In this document: piece after piece, positions 18,898 to 28,446 of the stretch
How the letters are laid out: each line of letters opens with the position of its first letter
Position numbering within the stretch: position 1 is the first letter of the stretch
Notes under the pieces: model-generated
Seen by the model: the letters and a program-made list of their open reading frames with translations, nothing else
Database searches by the model: none
Told to the model about the DNA's origin: nothing
NCBI GenBank assembly: GCA_030059675.1
Contig: JANVYQ010000003.1
Coordinates: 138,822 to 202,821, forward strand
DNA from: Candidatus Pelearchaeum maunauluense
Lineage (GTDB): Archaea; Thermoproteota; Nitrososphaeria_A; Caldarchaeales; Caldarchaeaceae
Direction of reading: 5' to 3'
DNA: 64,000 nucleotides
Program-made: the position numbers and the translations under genes

Positions 18898-19962
18898 GTG
18901 GTTGCCTCGTCTCTGATATATGTTGGCGGCTTGCCATCTGTAAAGGCTCCCAAGGTGCTGGCCGAGCAGCTCATTAAGGAGCTGGAGAAGTCTGGCATAC
19001 TGGATAGGGGTAGGGTGATTAGGAGAGAAGGCGAGCATGTGTTCATCCCCGTTGTGAGCACCGCTGGCTTGAAGCTTCCCGAAGAATGCCATGTAGTTCA
19101 TGTTGAGAATCCACCAGCGGAGAGAAGGTCGCGTAGCGTGGTTGATGCTCTACGAGATAAGGTGGATGCGGAGCTGTTAAAGAGGATTCCACGTTCATTC
19201 GACATTATAGGTGATGTTGCAGTGATAAACGAGCTTGACGCGGAGCAGCGGGTTCTTGAAGCTATTGGGCAAGCCATAATGGAGGTTCATAAGAACGTTA
19301 GGCTTGTACTGGCTAAGTCTTCTCCATTAGCGGGGGAGGAGCGGGTGGGTGGTTATAGGGTGGTGGCCGGCGTAGGCGGGGCTGAGACAACACACCGCGA
19401 GTCGGGCTGCGTCTACAAGCTGGACATAACGCGGGTATTTTTCTCGCCGAGATTATCTGGAGAAAGGCTTCGCGTGGCTACTCAAGTGCGCAGCGACGAG
19501 CAAGTGGTGGATATGTTCGCTGGTGTGGGGCCTTTCTCCATACTCATCGCAAAGAAAACCCCCTCCTGTAGGGTCGTCGCAGTTGAGAAGAACGAATCAG
19601 CATATAGATACCTGTGTGAAAACATACGGCTCAACAAGGTTGGTGATAGGGTTACTCCACTTCTCGGAGACGTTAGAAACCACGTAAGCGCGCTCAGGGG
19701 GCTGGCTGATAGGGTTATAATGAACCTACCCCACCAGTCGCAGGACTTTCTCGGCGATGCCCTGCAAATACTGAAAAAAGAGGGATTAATACACTTCTAC
19801 ACAATAGCCCAACGCGACGACCAAAGTGATGCGGAGAGAAGAGTATCTTCAGTATTATCTGCACTGGATGTGGATTATGGTTTCCTCTTTAGTCGGGCTG
19901 TTAAGGAGGTCTCACCATCAAAGGTGATGATGGTCTTTGATATTCGTGTTGTTAAGGGCTGA
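18898..19962 (+). CDS. trm5: Trm5/Met-10+ family tRNA methyltransferase
   Basis: FDIIGD, VFFSPRL..ER, DMFAGVGPFSI, RVIMNLP. Confidence 0.85.
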   Translation: MVASSLIYVGGLPSVKAPKVLAEQLIKELEKSGILDRGRVIRREGEHVFIPVVSTAGLKLPEECHVVHVENPPAERRSRSVVDALRDKVDAELLKRIPRSFDIIGDVAVINELDAEQRVLEAIGQAIMEVHKNVRLVLAKSSPLAGEERVGGYRVVAGVGGAETTHRESGCVYKLDITRVFFSPRLSGERLRVATQVRSDEQVVDMFAGVGPFSILIAKKTPSCRVVAVEKNESAYRYLCENIRLNKVGDRVTPLLGDVRNHVSALRGLADRVIMNLPHQSQDFLGDALQILKKEGLIHFYTIAQRDDQSDAERRVSSVLSALDVDYGFLFSRAVKEVSPSKVMMVFDIRVVKG

Positions 19963-19966
19963 ACTC

Positions 19967-19974
19967 TTATATAA
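19967..19974 (+). promoter_or_regulatory. Probable TATA box of fen1
   Basis: TTATATAA about 33 nt before ATG 20007. Confidence 0.5.
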
Positions 19975-20006
19975 CCCGCTCACATATCAAGATATGCTGG
20001 TGACAG

Positions 20007-21044
20007 ATGGGGGTTAAGATAGGCGATATAATCCCTCCCGAGGCTGTTGAGAAGACGACGCTCAAGGGGCTCGGGGGGAAGTCGATAGCGCTTGACGCCT
20101 ACAACATGCTATACCAGTTCCTATCTACGATACGTGGCCCTGATGGTAGGCCGCTTATGGATAGGCGCGGCCGCGTTACTAGTCATTTGAGCGGCTTATT
20201 CTTCAGGACGGTAAACCTCTTGGAGGCGGGTATTAAGCCTGTGTATGTCTTTGACGGTAGGCCGCCTGAGATGAAGAGGGCTACTATTGAGCGTAGGGTT
20301 GAGGCCCGTGAGGAGGCTCGTAAGCTGTATGAGCGTGCTTTGAGTGAGGGGGAGCTTGAGGAGGCTCGTAAGTATGCTCAACGCGCCGCTACGCTTGAGG
20401 AGTATATGGTGGAGAGCGCTATACAGCTCTTGGAGGCTATGCACATCCCCTACGTCAAAGCCCCCTCCGAGGGCGAGGCGCAAGCAGCATACATGGCAGC
20501 CCGCGGCGATGTCTTCGCCTCAGGCTCCCAAGACATGGACTCACTCCTCTTCGGCTCACCCCGCCTAGTGCGAAACCTATCGATAGTGGGGAGGCGTAAG
20601 CTCCCTGGGAGAAACGAGTACGTCGAGGTAGAGCCTGAGATTATCTACCTAGACAAGCTGCTAAGCTCTCTCGGAATAACGCGGGAGCAACTTATAGACA
20701 TCGGCCTCTTCATCGGGACTGACTACTCTCCCCAGGTTAGGGGAGTGGGTCCAAAGAGCGCGCTACGCCACATAAAGCAGTATGGCTCAATAGAGAAGGC
20801 CTGCCAGGCTCTCGGAATTAGGCTGGAGTTTGACCCAGCTAAGGTAAGGGAGATTTTCCTCAAACCAAATGTTACAAGCTCTTATAGTGTTGAGTGGGGC
20901 GAGCCTGACGATAGGGATGTCATCAGTTTATTGTGTGGGGAGTTTGACTTCTCGCGCGAGCGTGTTCAGAAGGCGCTTGACGAGCTGCATAAGTCGCTTA
21001 AACAGATGCGGGAAAGAATAAGCCTTGACGCCTTCCTATCATGA
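20007..21044 (+). CDS. fen: Flap endonuclease 1
   Basis: IALDAYN.LYQFL, YVFDG, APSEGEAQ, SQDMDSLLFG, GTDY; C-terminal PIP-like box. Confidence 0.97.
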   Translation: MGVKIGDIIPPEAVEKTTLKGLGGKSIALDAYNMLYQFLSTIRGPDGRPLMDRRGRVTSHLSGLFFRTVNLLEAGIKPVYVFDGRPPEMKRATIERRVEAREEARKLYERALSEGELEEARKYAQRAATLEEYMVESAIQLLEAMHIPYVKAPSEGEAQAAYMAARGDVFASGSQDMDSLLFGSPRLVRNLSIVGRRKLPGRNEYVEVEPEIIYLDKLLSSLGITREQLIDIGLFIGTDYSPQVRGVGPKSALRHIKQYGSIEKACQALGIRLEFDPAKVREIFLKPNVTSSYSVEWGEPDDRDVISLLCGEFDFSRERVQKALDELHKSLKQMRERISLDAFLS

Positions 21045-21227
21045 GCTTATGAGCTCCACCACGCGACGCTCAGCATCTAGGCTGAGAACCCTCACCCTAC
21101 CATGAATCTCCAACTTCATCAAGGTCTGCCTAAGCATGTCATACGATATATCAACACCCCTCTTACGCAGCTCGTCCAGTAAGTTCTGTTCTAGAGCCTT
21201 GCCGCCAACCCTCTTAAGAGCATCCAT
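21039..21227 (-). CDS. Small winged-helix protein
   Basis: LRQTLMKLEIHGRVRV pattern; downstream of cdc48; start may lie a few codons upstream. Confidence 0.6.
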   Translation of the reverse strand: MDALKRVGGKALEQNLLDELRKRGVDISYDMLRQTLMKLEIHGRVRVLSLDAERRVVELISS

Positions 21228-21313
21228 AACCTGTACGTAGATGGATATCGCTCCTCACCGTTAGAAGGTAATACTCCCTTATCTATATCCTTCGGCTTAG
21301 CTTGACGACTATA

Positions 21314-23494
21314 TTAGCCTATCATGGTCAAGGGCTTCTCGGTGGTTCTCAGCAGTTCTCCTATACGCTCATACTCGCGGGCCATCTGTGGTGATATGCT
21401 CGGCTTAACCATATTGAGAGCCTCCTCAAAATCGGCTTTACTCACATACTCGGCATCAATATCGCGTCTTAGTGCCGAGAGGGCAGCCTCGCGGCAGAGC
21501 GACTCCAGGTCAGCGCCAGAATAGCCCTCTGTGCGCGAGGCTATCTCCTCCAGATTAACGTCATCGGTCAACGGCATCCTACGGGTGTATATCTTGAGTA
21601 TGGATAGGCGGGACTTCTCATCTGGAGGCGGGACGAAGATGAGCCTGTCAAACCGCCCTGGCCTGAGAACCGCTGGGTCAAGCATATCAGGCCTGTTGGT
21701 AGCGCCTATAACTATAATGTCGGACAGCTCCTCTATCCCATCCATCTCAGCCAAGAGCTGGCTTGAGACCCTGTTAGTTACTCCTGAGCTGTCTTCCGCC
21801 ATATCCTTACGCGGCACGATGGACTCTATCTCGTCTAGGAAAACAACAGCAGGCGCTGCTTGCCGCGCTTTCCTGAATGTCTCACGGATAGCTTTCTCCG
21901 ACTCCCCAACCCACTTGGAGTATATCTCAGGCCCCTTAACAGTGATGAAGTTCGCCTCACTCTCGGTGGCTATAGCCTTCGCCAGCAGCGTCTTTCCGCA
22001 TCCAGGCGGGCCATAGAGGAGAATCCCCTTCGGCGGCTTAATACCCATCTTCTCAAACTTCTCAGGATACTTGAGAGGCCACTCGATAGCCTCGATCAAC
22101 CGTTGCTTAACCTCCTCAAGACCTCCTATGTCCTCCCACCTCACGGTGGGCGTCTCAACCTCGACCTCACGCAGCGCGCTGGGCGTAATCTCCTTATACG
22201 CCTCCATGAAGTCCTTCATAGTAACCTCAAGGCTGTTAAGTATCTCAGGCGATATCTTCTCCTCGGAGAAGTCTATGCTGGGGAGTATCCGTCTTATAGC
22301 CTTCATAGCAGCCTCGCGGCAGAGGGCTGCTACATCAGCGCCGGTATAGCCGCGGGTAATCTCGCTAATCTTATCAAGGTCAACGTCCTTCGAGAGAGGC
22401 ATTCCGCGTGTGTGTATCTGGAGTATCTCGCGCCTACCCCTCTTATCTGGTATTCCTATCTCTATTTCGCGGTCGAATCTCCCAGGCCTCCTGAGGGCTG
22501 GGTCAAGAGCGTTAGGCCTGTTGGTAGCGCCTATAACTATTACAGAGCCTCTGCTCTCCAGCCCGTCCATCAGAGCGAGGAGCTGCGCCACAACACGCTT
22601 CTCAACCTCGCCAGTAACCTCGCTCCTCTTGGGAGCTATCGCGTCTATCTCGTCTATGAAGATTATACTAGGCGCCTCCTCCTCTGCCTTCCTGAAAATC
22701 TCACGCAGCCTAGCCTCGGTCTCGCCGTAGTACTTGTTCATTATCTCAGGTCCATTAATCAGGATGAAGTTAGCCTCCGCTTCTGTGGCTACCGCTTTGG
22801 CTAGCAGCGTCTTTCCGCATCCAGGCGGGCCGTAGAGAAGTACTCCCTTTGGAGGCTCTATGCCCAGCTTCTGGAATAGCTCTGGGAATCGTAGGGGTAG
22901 CTCTATCATCTCGCGGACGCGTTGAATCTGCTCCTGGAGGCCGCCTATGTCCTCGTAGGTAACGCTTGTCCTGAGCGTCTTCTCCTGCATTACCCGCGAG
23001 TGGATTATCAGCTTCGTCTTCGGCGTTATCTTAACAATACCCGAAGGCCTGGTCTGGATTACTGCGAAGGTGAATAGGTTTCCGAAGAAGAGGACAGGCA
23101 CTATATTCTTCTGGACGATGGGATACTCTATAAGCCTGCTCTTAACAAGCTTTGTAAAATTCTCATCAGGCTTTACAGATGTGTTGAACGGTGCCATCAC
23201 TACCAACTGGGCTTCCTTCACCTGTGCTTTCCTTACTATCACATAATCGTTAAGCGATACTCCTGCGTTGTTTCTGATGTATCCATCTATTCTGATTATG
23301 TCTTTATCCCTTTCATCCTCTATATAGCCCAGCCAGAGCGTTGCTGCCGCTAACTTCTTTCCCTTAATCTCTATTATGTCTCCTGTCTGAAGCCCTGCCT
23401 CCGCGCCGACACTCCTGTCAATCCTAGCTATTCCATAACCTACATCGCGTTGTTTTGCCTCTGCGACGCGGAGACGCAGCTCCTTAACGCTCAT
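21314..23494 (-). CDS. cdc48: CDC48/VCP AAA ATPase
   Basis: N domain plus two AAA domains ([13 protein letters not shown] twice, RPGRFDR twice). Confidence 0.97.
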   Translation of the reverse strand: MSVKELRLRVAEAKQRDVGYGIARIDRSVGAEAGLQTGDIIEIKGKKLAAATLWLGYIEDERDKDIIRIDGYIRNNAGVSLNDYVIVRKAQVKEAQLVVMAPFNTSVKPDENFTKLVKSRLIEYPIVQKNIVPVLFFGNLFTFAVIQTRPSGIVKITPKTKLIIHSRVMQEKTLRTSVTYEDIGGLQEQIQRVREMIELPLRFPELFQKLGIEPPKGVLLYGPPGCGKTLLAKAVATEAEANFILINGPEIMNKYYGETEARLREIFRKAEEEAPSIIFIDEIDAIAPKRSEVTGEVEKRVVAQLLALMDGLESRGSVIVIGATNRPNALDPALRRPGRFDREIEIGIPDKRGRREILQIHTRGMPLSKDVDLDKISEITRGYTGADVAALCREAAMKAIRRILPSIDFSEEKISPEILNSLEVTMKDFMEAYKEITPSALREVEVETPTVRWEDIGGLEEVKQRLIEAIEWPLKYPEKFEKMGIKPPKGILLYGPPGCGKTLLAKAIATESEANFITVKGPEIYSKWVGESEKAIRETFRKARQAAPAVVFLDEIESIVPRKDMAEDSSGVTNRVSSQLLAEMDGIEELSDIIVIGATNRPDMLDPAVLRPGRFDRLIFVPPPDEKSRLSILKIYTRRMPLTDDVNLEEIASRTEGYSGADLESLCREAALSALRRDIDAEYVSKADFEEALNMVKPSISPQMAREYERIGELLRTTEKPLTMIG

Positions 23495-23586
23495 CTATCC
23501 CAGCAACTACCAACCGTATAATTTAAGCGTAAAGCTCTAAACCAGATTTAGAAGTATTGACACGATGGACAAGCCTTTTAGGCCCT

Positions 23587-23856
23587 TTAGAGTATCCTGG
23601 TTATTCTCTCTATGCTTATCTCGCCCACTCCCTCTACTCCGCGTATGCGCTGCTCCAGCAGGTTAGCGTAGCCTTCTTCGTCAGGCATAGTAAAGCCTAT
23701 AACTAAGGCCATCAAACCATATGCGAACTCCTCCTTCTTATATTGTCTCAGAACAACGCCAGAGGGGAGGACGTTCTGTATATCCTTTATCATCTGGTCT
23801 ATATCCACCTCGTCGCTGTTGGGTAGGATGCGCATAATCACTAGAACATCGCCCAT
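23587..23856 (-). CDS. ef1b: Elongation factor 1-beta
   Basis: EEFAYGLMAL motif, 89 aa. Confidence 0.9.
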   Translation of the reverse strand: MGDVLVIMRILPNSDEVDIDQMIKDIQNVLPSGVVLRQYKKEEFAYGLMALVIGFTMPDEEGYANLLEQRIRGVEGVGEISIERITRIL

Positions 23857-23874
23857 TTCTATACCAGCCCCCCT

Positions 23875-24054
23875 CTATGGTCCTTGAAAACCGCATGAGG
23901 GGCATATATATGGGTGGGCTAGCTCCCTGCATATTTCGCAACGCCATATCGTTGACTTGCCGCAGTTGGGGCATGGAAATGATACTGCGGGCTCGTCGGG
24001 TGCTATTGGTCTATGGCACCAACTACAGGTGGGCAGCGTTATCTGCGAGTTCAT
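23875..24054 (-). CDS. Double zinc-ribbon protein (DUF1610-like), not in ORF track
   Basis: Manual translation MNSQITLPTCSWC...FPCPNCG...WRCEICR...YICPSCGFQGP; usual position upstream of EF-1beta. Confidence 0.88.
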   Translation of the reverse strand: MNSQITLPTCSWCHRPIAPDEPAVSFPCPNCGKSTIWRCEICRELAHPYICPSCGFQGP

Positions 24055-24097
24055 GCTTCTAACGCCTTGTTGGATGGGCTATTTAAGTTTGAAAAAA

Positions 24098-25234
24098 TTA
24101 AGACGTGATTAACGACTTTAGGAAGAGAGGAGCGAGTTTCAGGAATTCGCGTGTAGTGATTAAGCGTGTGGCGGTGGAGCCGTGGAAATCCATATCACCC
24201 ATCTCCGACAACTTACGGTCTATTCCACTCTCGGAGATGAGTCTAAAGAGCATGTCAAGCTGGTTCGGCTTCAGCCTCGCTGTCAGCCGCCTCACAAGGT
24301 ATATCCTACGAAGCTCCCGATACGCGTTCTTCACATAGTTGTTGAATGAATCGTCTCTAAGCGATATCTCTCTTGCCGCTGCTATGCCAGCCATGCCGCC
24401 GAAGATTACACCACCCCCAGTAGTAGCTTTCACGTGGCCAGCTACATCGCCCACAAAATACACGCGGTCGACGCGGGGATTATCCAGTGGGGGCCCGACG
24501 TATATGGCTGACGACTGAACACCAACCACACGCGCGTTGGGGAATTCCTCTGCCATAAACTTGGAAGCCAAGTGGCGGATGTTCTTCTTGGCAGCGACGC
24601 CGACCTTCCCCAGCTCATCATCTACCGGGACCAGATAGGCGAAGAAGTCGGGTAGGTAATGCTTGAAGAAGAGATAGACGAGCTGCCTATCCATGCCGTG
24701 CCCAGCTACTTGATACTGTATTATCGGGAGCCACTCACCCAGCTTGTATGATGGGTGTATGCTACGTGCTATGAACGCGCTATGTCCCTCCGAGTCTATT
24801 AGGTATCTGGCTCTCACTACGCCGCGCCTAGTGGTAAGCTCCACTCCATCGTTGCCAATCTTGACTCCGCTTACGCGCGTGTTGATGTATAGCGATGCGC
24901 CGTTCATTACTGCCTGCTCAGCCAGGTATTGGTCAAACCGCTCACGGTTAGCTACAACAGCCACATCACGCGAGGCGTCAACAAGGAAAGAGCGGCCTGA
25001 CGGAGACTTGAACAACGCACCACGCGCAAAATTCTGTATCCAAGGCCTGTGGAGGGGGATGCGTAGCTTCTTCAGGCCATCCAGGCTGTAGAGGCCTGCG
25101 CATTTCTCTGGTCTCCCAACTATGCTGTCCTCCTCGAAGACAGCCACCTCCAAGCCGTGCTTCGCCGCCTCGCAGGCTGCGAGAAGGCCAGCGGGCCCAG
25201 CTCCAACAACTGCTACGTCCAGCTCATCACCCAT
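24098..25234 (-). CDS. Geranylgeranyl reductase-family flavoprotein
   Basis: VGAGPAG, P..CAG, RERFDQ.LA, VGDVAG.VKATTGGG. Confidence 0.88.
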   Translation of the reverse strand: MGDELDVAVVGAGPAGLLAACEAAKHGLEVAVFEEDSIVGRPEKCAGLYSLDGLKKLRIPLHRPWIQNFARGALFKSPSGRSFLVDASRDVAVVANRERFDQYLAEQAVMNGASLYINTRVSGVKIGNDGVELTTRRGVVRARYLIDSEGHSAFIARSIHPSYKLGEWLPIIQYQVAGHGMDRQLVYLFFKHYLPDFFAYLVPVDDELGKVGVAAKKNIRHLASKFMAEEFPNARVVGVQSSAIYVGPPLDNPRVDRVYFVGDVAGHVKATTGGGVIFGGMAGIAAAREISLRDDSFNNYVKNAYRELRRIYLVRRLTARLKPNQLDMLFRLISESGIDRKLSEMGDMDFHGSTATRLITTREFLKLAPLFLKSLITS

Positions 25235-25313
25235 AAGCTCGCCGCGAGCTATGAATCTCCAGCCTTTAAGTATAGAGATACCGTTAATACCCTGCTTGGG
25301 TGGATACGTCTAA

Positions 25314-26111
25314 ATGCGCACTATACGTGTTGCTGGTTTGCAGCTTAGACCTGGTGGTGTTGAGAATACTGTCAACAGGGCGTTGAGATTGTTGGAGAGC
25401 GCTGGCAAGCGTGAGGTGGAGGTGGCTTGCCTGCCAGAGGCGTGGCCACACACGACGCCATACCTAGAGCTGGAAGCCGCCACAGAAGCGTATGACGCGA
25501 TAGTCAGCTCACTCTCTCGCGTGGCGCGGGAGTACGGCATGTGGATAGCCGCTGGCGGGCTATACAAGCAAGATGGAGACGCTCTCAAGATTGTATGCCC
25601 CATAATAAGCGATAGCGGTGACGTGGTTGGAGAGCAGGAGAAGGTACATCTCTTCCGCGTTGAGCGCCAGCTCTTCCAACGCGGACAGAAGCTTAACGTG
25701 TTTAACATAGCTGGAGTGAAGACGGGTATATTGATTTGTCATGATATTGTTTATCCTGAGGCGGCGCGGGTTCTAGCAATTAAGGGCGCCGAGCTTATTC
25801 TGCATCCGTCAAGAATCGTAAGTGAGGGGGTCGGGGTCTGGAGACAATACGTTAAGGTGCGGAGTGTGGAGAACAGGATTCCCATAGTTGCTGCGAATAT
25901 CTACCTAAGAAGGCTCTTTGGAGGAGGCTCCATCATAACTGGCCTCAGACAGTCGCGCCGTGGTGTAGTTTATCCAATCTCCCTAGCTTCCGTGGGGGCT
26001 GGGGAGAAGTTGATGGTTGCCGACATGGAGCTTGACGCGATAGCTGGAGCGCGTGAAGAGAGGCTAGCTAACAGGCTTCCGTCAGCGTATATGGAGCTGA
26101 TATCAGCGTGA
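25314..26111 (+). CDS. Carbon-nitrogen hydrolase (nitrilase family)
   Basis: Catalytic E-K-C in LPEAW, KVHLF and ICHD. Confidence 0.9.
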   Translation: MRTIRVAGLQLRPGGVENTVNRALRLLESAGKREVEVACLPEAWPHTTPYLELEAATEAYDAIVSSLSRVAREYGMWIAAGGLYKQDGDALKIVCPIISDSGDVVGEQEKVHLFRVERQLFQRGQKLNVFNIAGVKTGILICHDIVYPEAARVLAIKGAELILHPSRIVSEGVGVWRQYVKVRSVENRIPIVAANIYLRRLFGGGSIITGLRQSRRGVVYPISLASVGAGEKLMVADMELDAIAGAREERLANRLPSAYMELISA

Positions 26112-26151
26112 TTAAGGATTTTAGATAACCTGCACAGGGCTTGATATAGCT

Positions 26152-26430
26152 ATGGGTGTGAGGAGGGCGCATCTCTACATAAGCGGATTAGTGCAAGGCG
26201 TCTTCTACCGCGCCAACATGCAGAGAAAAGCCGAGGAGCTGGGGCTTTCAGGATGGGTTAGAAACCTACCAGACGGACGCGTTGAAGCGGTGGCTGAGGG
26301 AGACGAGGAAGCTTTGAAGAAGCTTATAGAATGGGCTTGGCGCGGCCCACCAGCGGCGCGCGTGGAGAATGTTGAGGTCATTTGGGAGGAGCCGCGCGGC
26401 GATGCGCGGGGCTTTAGGATAAGATACTAG
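26152..26430 (+). CDS. acyP: Acylphosphatase
   Basis: [21 protein letters not shown]. Confidence 0.95.
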   Translation: MGVRRAHLYISGLVQGVFYRANMQRKAEELGLSGWVRNLPDGRVEAVAEGDEEALKKLIEWAWRGPPAARVENVEVIWEEPRGDARGFRIRY

Positions 26431-27482
26431 GAAACCCTCAGGAGCTTACCAACTATATCACTCGTGGGCAGACGCTCCGCGAGACCGACAGCTATGGTTA
26501 CTAGATTACGAACCTCAAGCTCTTTGAGGATGAGCGCGGCTAGTAGCACAGCGTTACTAAATGTCCAGCGCGTATACGCCTTATTGGCTAGGCTGTAGCG
26601 CTCTGTTGTGAAGCGTTCTTCAAGGCTTCTGAGTAGTGTGGGTATGTCTGGAGCTTCTGTTGGTAGAAGCCTCCTATACGCGGTCTGGGCTATGACCTGG
26701 GCTGCCGCACCAGCGTCTGCCGCGTCTATGAGCTGGACAATAACGGCTCCCCCTATTGATACTGCGCGCGGTAGGAGGAATTCCCTAACCTCAGGCGGCG
26801 TAAGCTCCCAAAGCTTAGCCCTAAGTATAGTAAGAATATGATATGAATCAACATCAAGCGCTACGAAGGGCTTTATCTTCTCCCTCTCACTCCGCGGAGT
26901 AGCATTATAGGCTTCAAGTATCCTTGAGTAGAGTGTTCTATCTATAGCAACGTCAAAAGCCGTGGGGTCTTTCTTGCTCTCCCACACACGCAGAGCCAGG
27001 TCAGCCACCTTGGCAAGATACGTATTCTCAAGCTCGCGCACAGCCTCATACAGGTCTCGCGCGGTAGCTGCCCGCAGAACCTCGTCTCTGATTCCTAAAA
27101 GAGTCTCAGCATACAAATCAATAGCAGACTCTATCTCCTCAAAGCTCTTCTCAAGAGCCTTAGCCTTCAGCACAGTCTTAAGATTGGAGGCGGGATACCT
27201 CATAAAATAAGCCATCAACACATCACCATTCGACGAGATATTCATCAACCTGTAGTGGGTATCTATCAAATGCCGCTTGAAAGCTGTCTCACTCCCCAGA
27301 ACAGTGTACGGCTTGGGAATATCAGCTATGTAGCGACCATATATGGATGGCCTAAGCTTCTCCATGAAATCATCCAGGCTCCCAGCCTCGGCAAGCTCCT
27401 CAAGCTCAGCATGAGAGAGGAGAAGACCCTTTATGGCGAAGGCCTTGGCAACACCATAGTCTATACTAACACCCATCCTCAT
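26427..27482 (-). CDS. atpC: A/V-type ATP synthase subunit C
   Basis: [10 protein letters not shown]...[17 protein letters not shown]; helical 351 aa. Confidence 0.85.
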   Translation of the reverse strand: MRMGVSIDYGVAKAFAIKGLLLSHAELEELAEAGSLDDFMEKLRPSIYGRYIADIPKPYTVLGSETAFKRHLIDTHYRLMNISSNGDVLMAYFMRYPASNLKTVLKAKALEKSFEEIESAIDLYAETLLGIRDEVLRAATARDLYEAVRELENTYLAKVADLALRVWESKKDPTAFDVAIDRTLYSRILEAYNATPRSEREKIKPFVALDVDSYHILTILRAKLWELTPPEVREFLLPRAVSIGGAVIVQLIDAADAGAAAQVIAQTAYRRLLPTEAPDIPTLLRSLEERFTTERYSLANKAYTRWTFSNAVLLAALILKELEVRNLVTIAVGLAERLPTSDIVGKLLRVS

Positions 27483-27540
27483 TTAGAATCTCTCAAGTAG
27501 CCTGCTGTCCCAATTATATGAGTTTTATCTAGGATGGGGG

Positions 27541-27882
27541 CTAAATACCCCTCCTCCCAAGGAGAACATCAACAACCAAGCTTACCGCATCATCAAACTT
27601 CTTTGATACTCTCTCCTTGACGCGGGCTGCTTCGCCCTCGCCGCGTCTTATAATCTCCTGCGCCTCGCGCTCTGCTGCTTCACGCGTCTCAGCCTCAAGC
27701 TTGGCTTGTTGCTCGGAAAGCTCCTCCAAGACCTCGCCCTTCAGCTTCTTCGCCTCCCGCTCAGCAAAGTCAAGTATCTCGTTCTTCAGCCTCTCAGCGA
27801 CCCCAGCAACCTCAGCCAAGCCGCTCTCAAGAGAGGCAAGCGAGTTGAGGACACGTGAAAGCTCAGAACTATCCGCAGCCAT
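27541..27882 (-). CDS. A/V-type ATP synthase subunit H (peripheral stalk)
   Basis: Charged coiled coil ending AVSLVVDVL; upstream of atpC. Confidence 0.7.
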   Translation of the reverse strand: MAADSSELSRVLNSLASLESGLAEVAGVAERLKNEILDFAEREAKKLKGEVLEELSEQQAKLEAETREAAEREAQEIIRRGEGEAARVKERVSKKFDDAVSLVVDVLLGRRGI

Positions 27883-27959
27883 ATCCTCACATAGCGAGGC
27901 CGTGTATGATATAGGTTTTCCATAGCTAGCTTATATCCATCCCACAGCATAGTAGGAAG

Positions 27960-28250
27960 GTGATGGAGAGCCTTGAGCAAAGAATCTTGGAGGCGCTCAA
28001 GAAGATACGAGACCCAATAACTGGAACCGCTACACTATTCGCGGAAGCCCACATAGCTGTCCAAGACCTCGGCGAAGGCGTGGTAAGGATACTCTTCATA
28101 CCAACAAACCCATACTCCCCCACAGCCCTAACCCAAGCAGAAGCAGTAAAGACAGTAGCAAGAAAAGTACCAGGAGTCAAGCGCGTAATAATAGACTGCC
28201 GAAACCACATAATGGCCCAGCTAATAACAGATAGACTAAACACAACCTAA
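27960..28250 (+). CDS. DUF59/Fe-S assembly-like protein
   Basis: ILEALKKIRDP, PTNPYSP.A, VPGVKRV. Confidence 0.7.
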   Translation: MMESLEQRILEALKKIRDPITGTATLFAEAHIAVQDLGEGVVRILFIPTNPYSPTALTQAEAVKTVARKVPGVKRVIIDCRNHIMAQLITDRLNTT

Positions 28251-28287
28251 AAATACCACAAACTAAACACAAAATAACAACGAGAAA

Positions 28288-28426
28288 AGCCCGGTAGTCT
28301 AGCGGCCAAACAGCCTGGTCAGAAACAAGAAAACAGGGCCAAGGATCCCGGGCTTTGGATCATGGCCGCCTAAGAGGCTTGAGAAGAGCCCCGGGGACCT
28401 GGGTTCGAATCCCAGCCGGGCTACCA
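28288..28426 (+). tRNA. tRNA-Gln(TTG) with two introns (D-loop about 28310-28342; 37/38 at 28359-28388), CCA encoded
   Basis: A1-U72; spliced form AGCCCGGTAGTCTAGCGGCCAAGGATCCCGGGCTTTGGCCCCGG...GGTTCGAATCC. Confidence 0.88.
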
Positions 28427-28446
28427 TCCTTCTTTATTCTTCCCCG

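Noticed and set aside
20310-20375. Direct repeat GAGGAGGCTCGTAAG in fen1
   Set aside because: Short, and encodes the repeated EEARK of the helical arch
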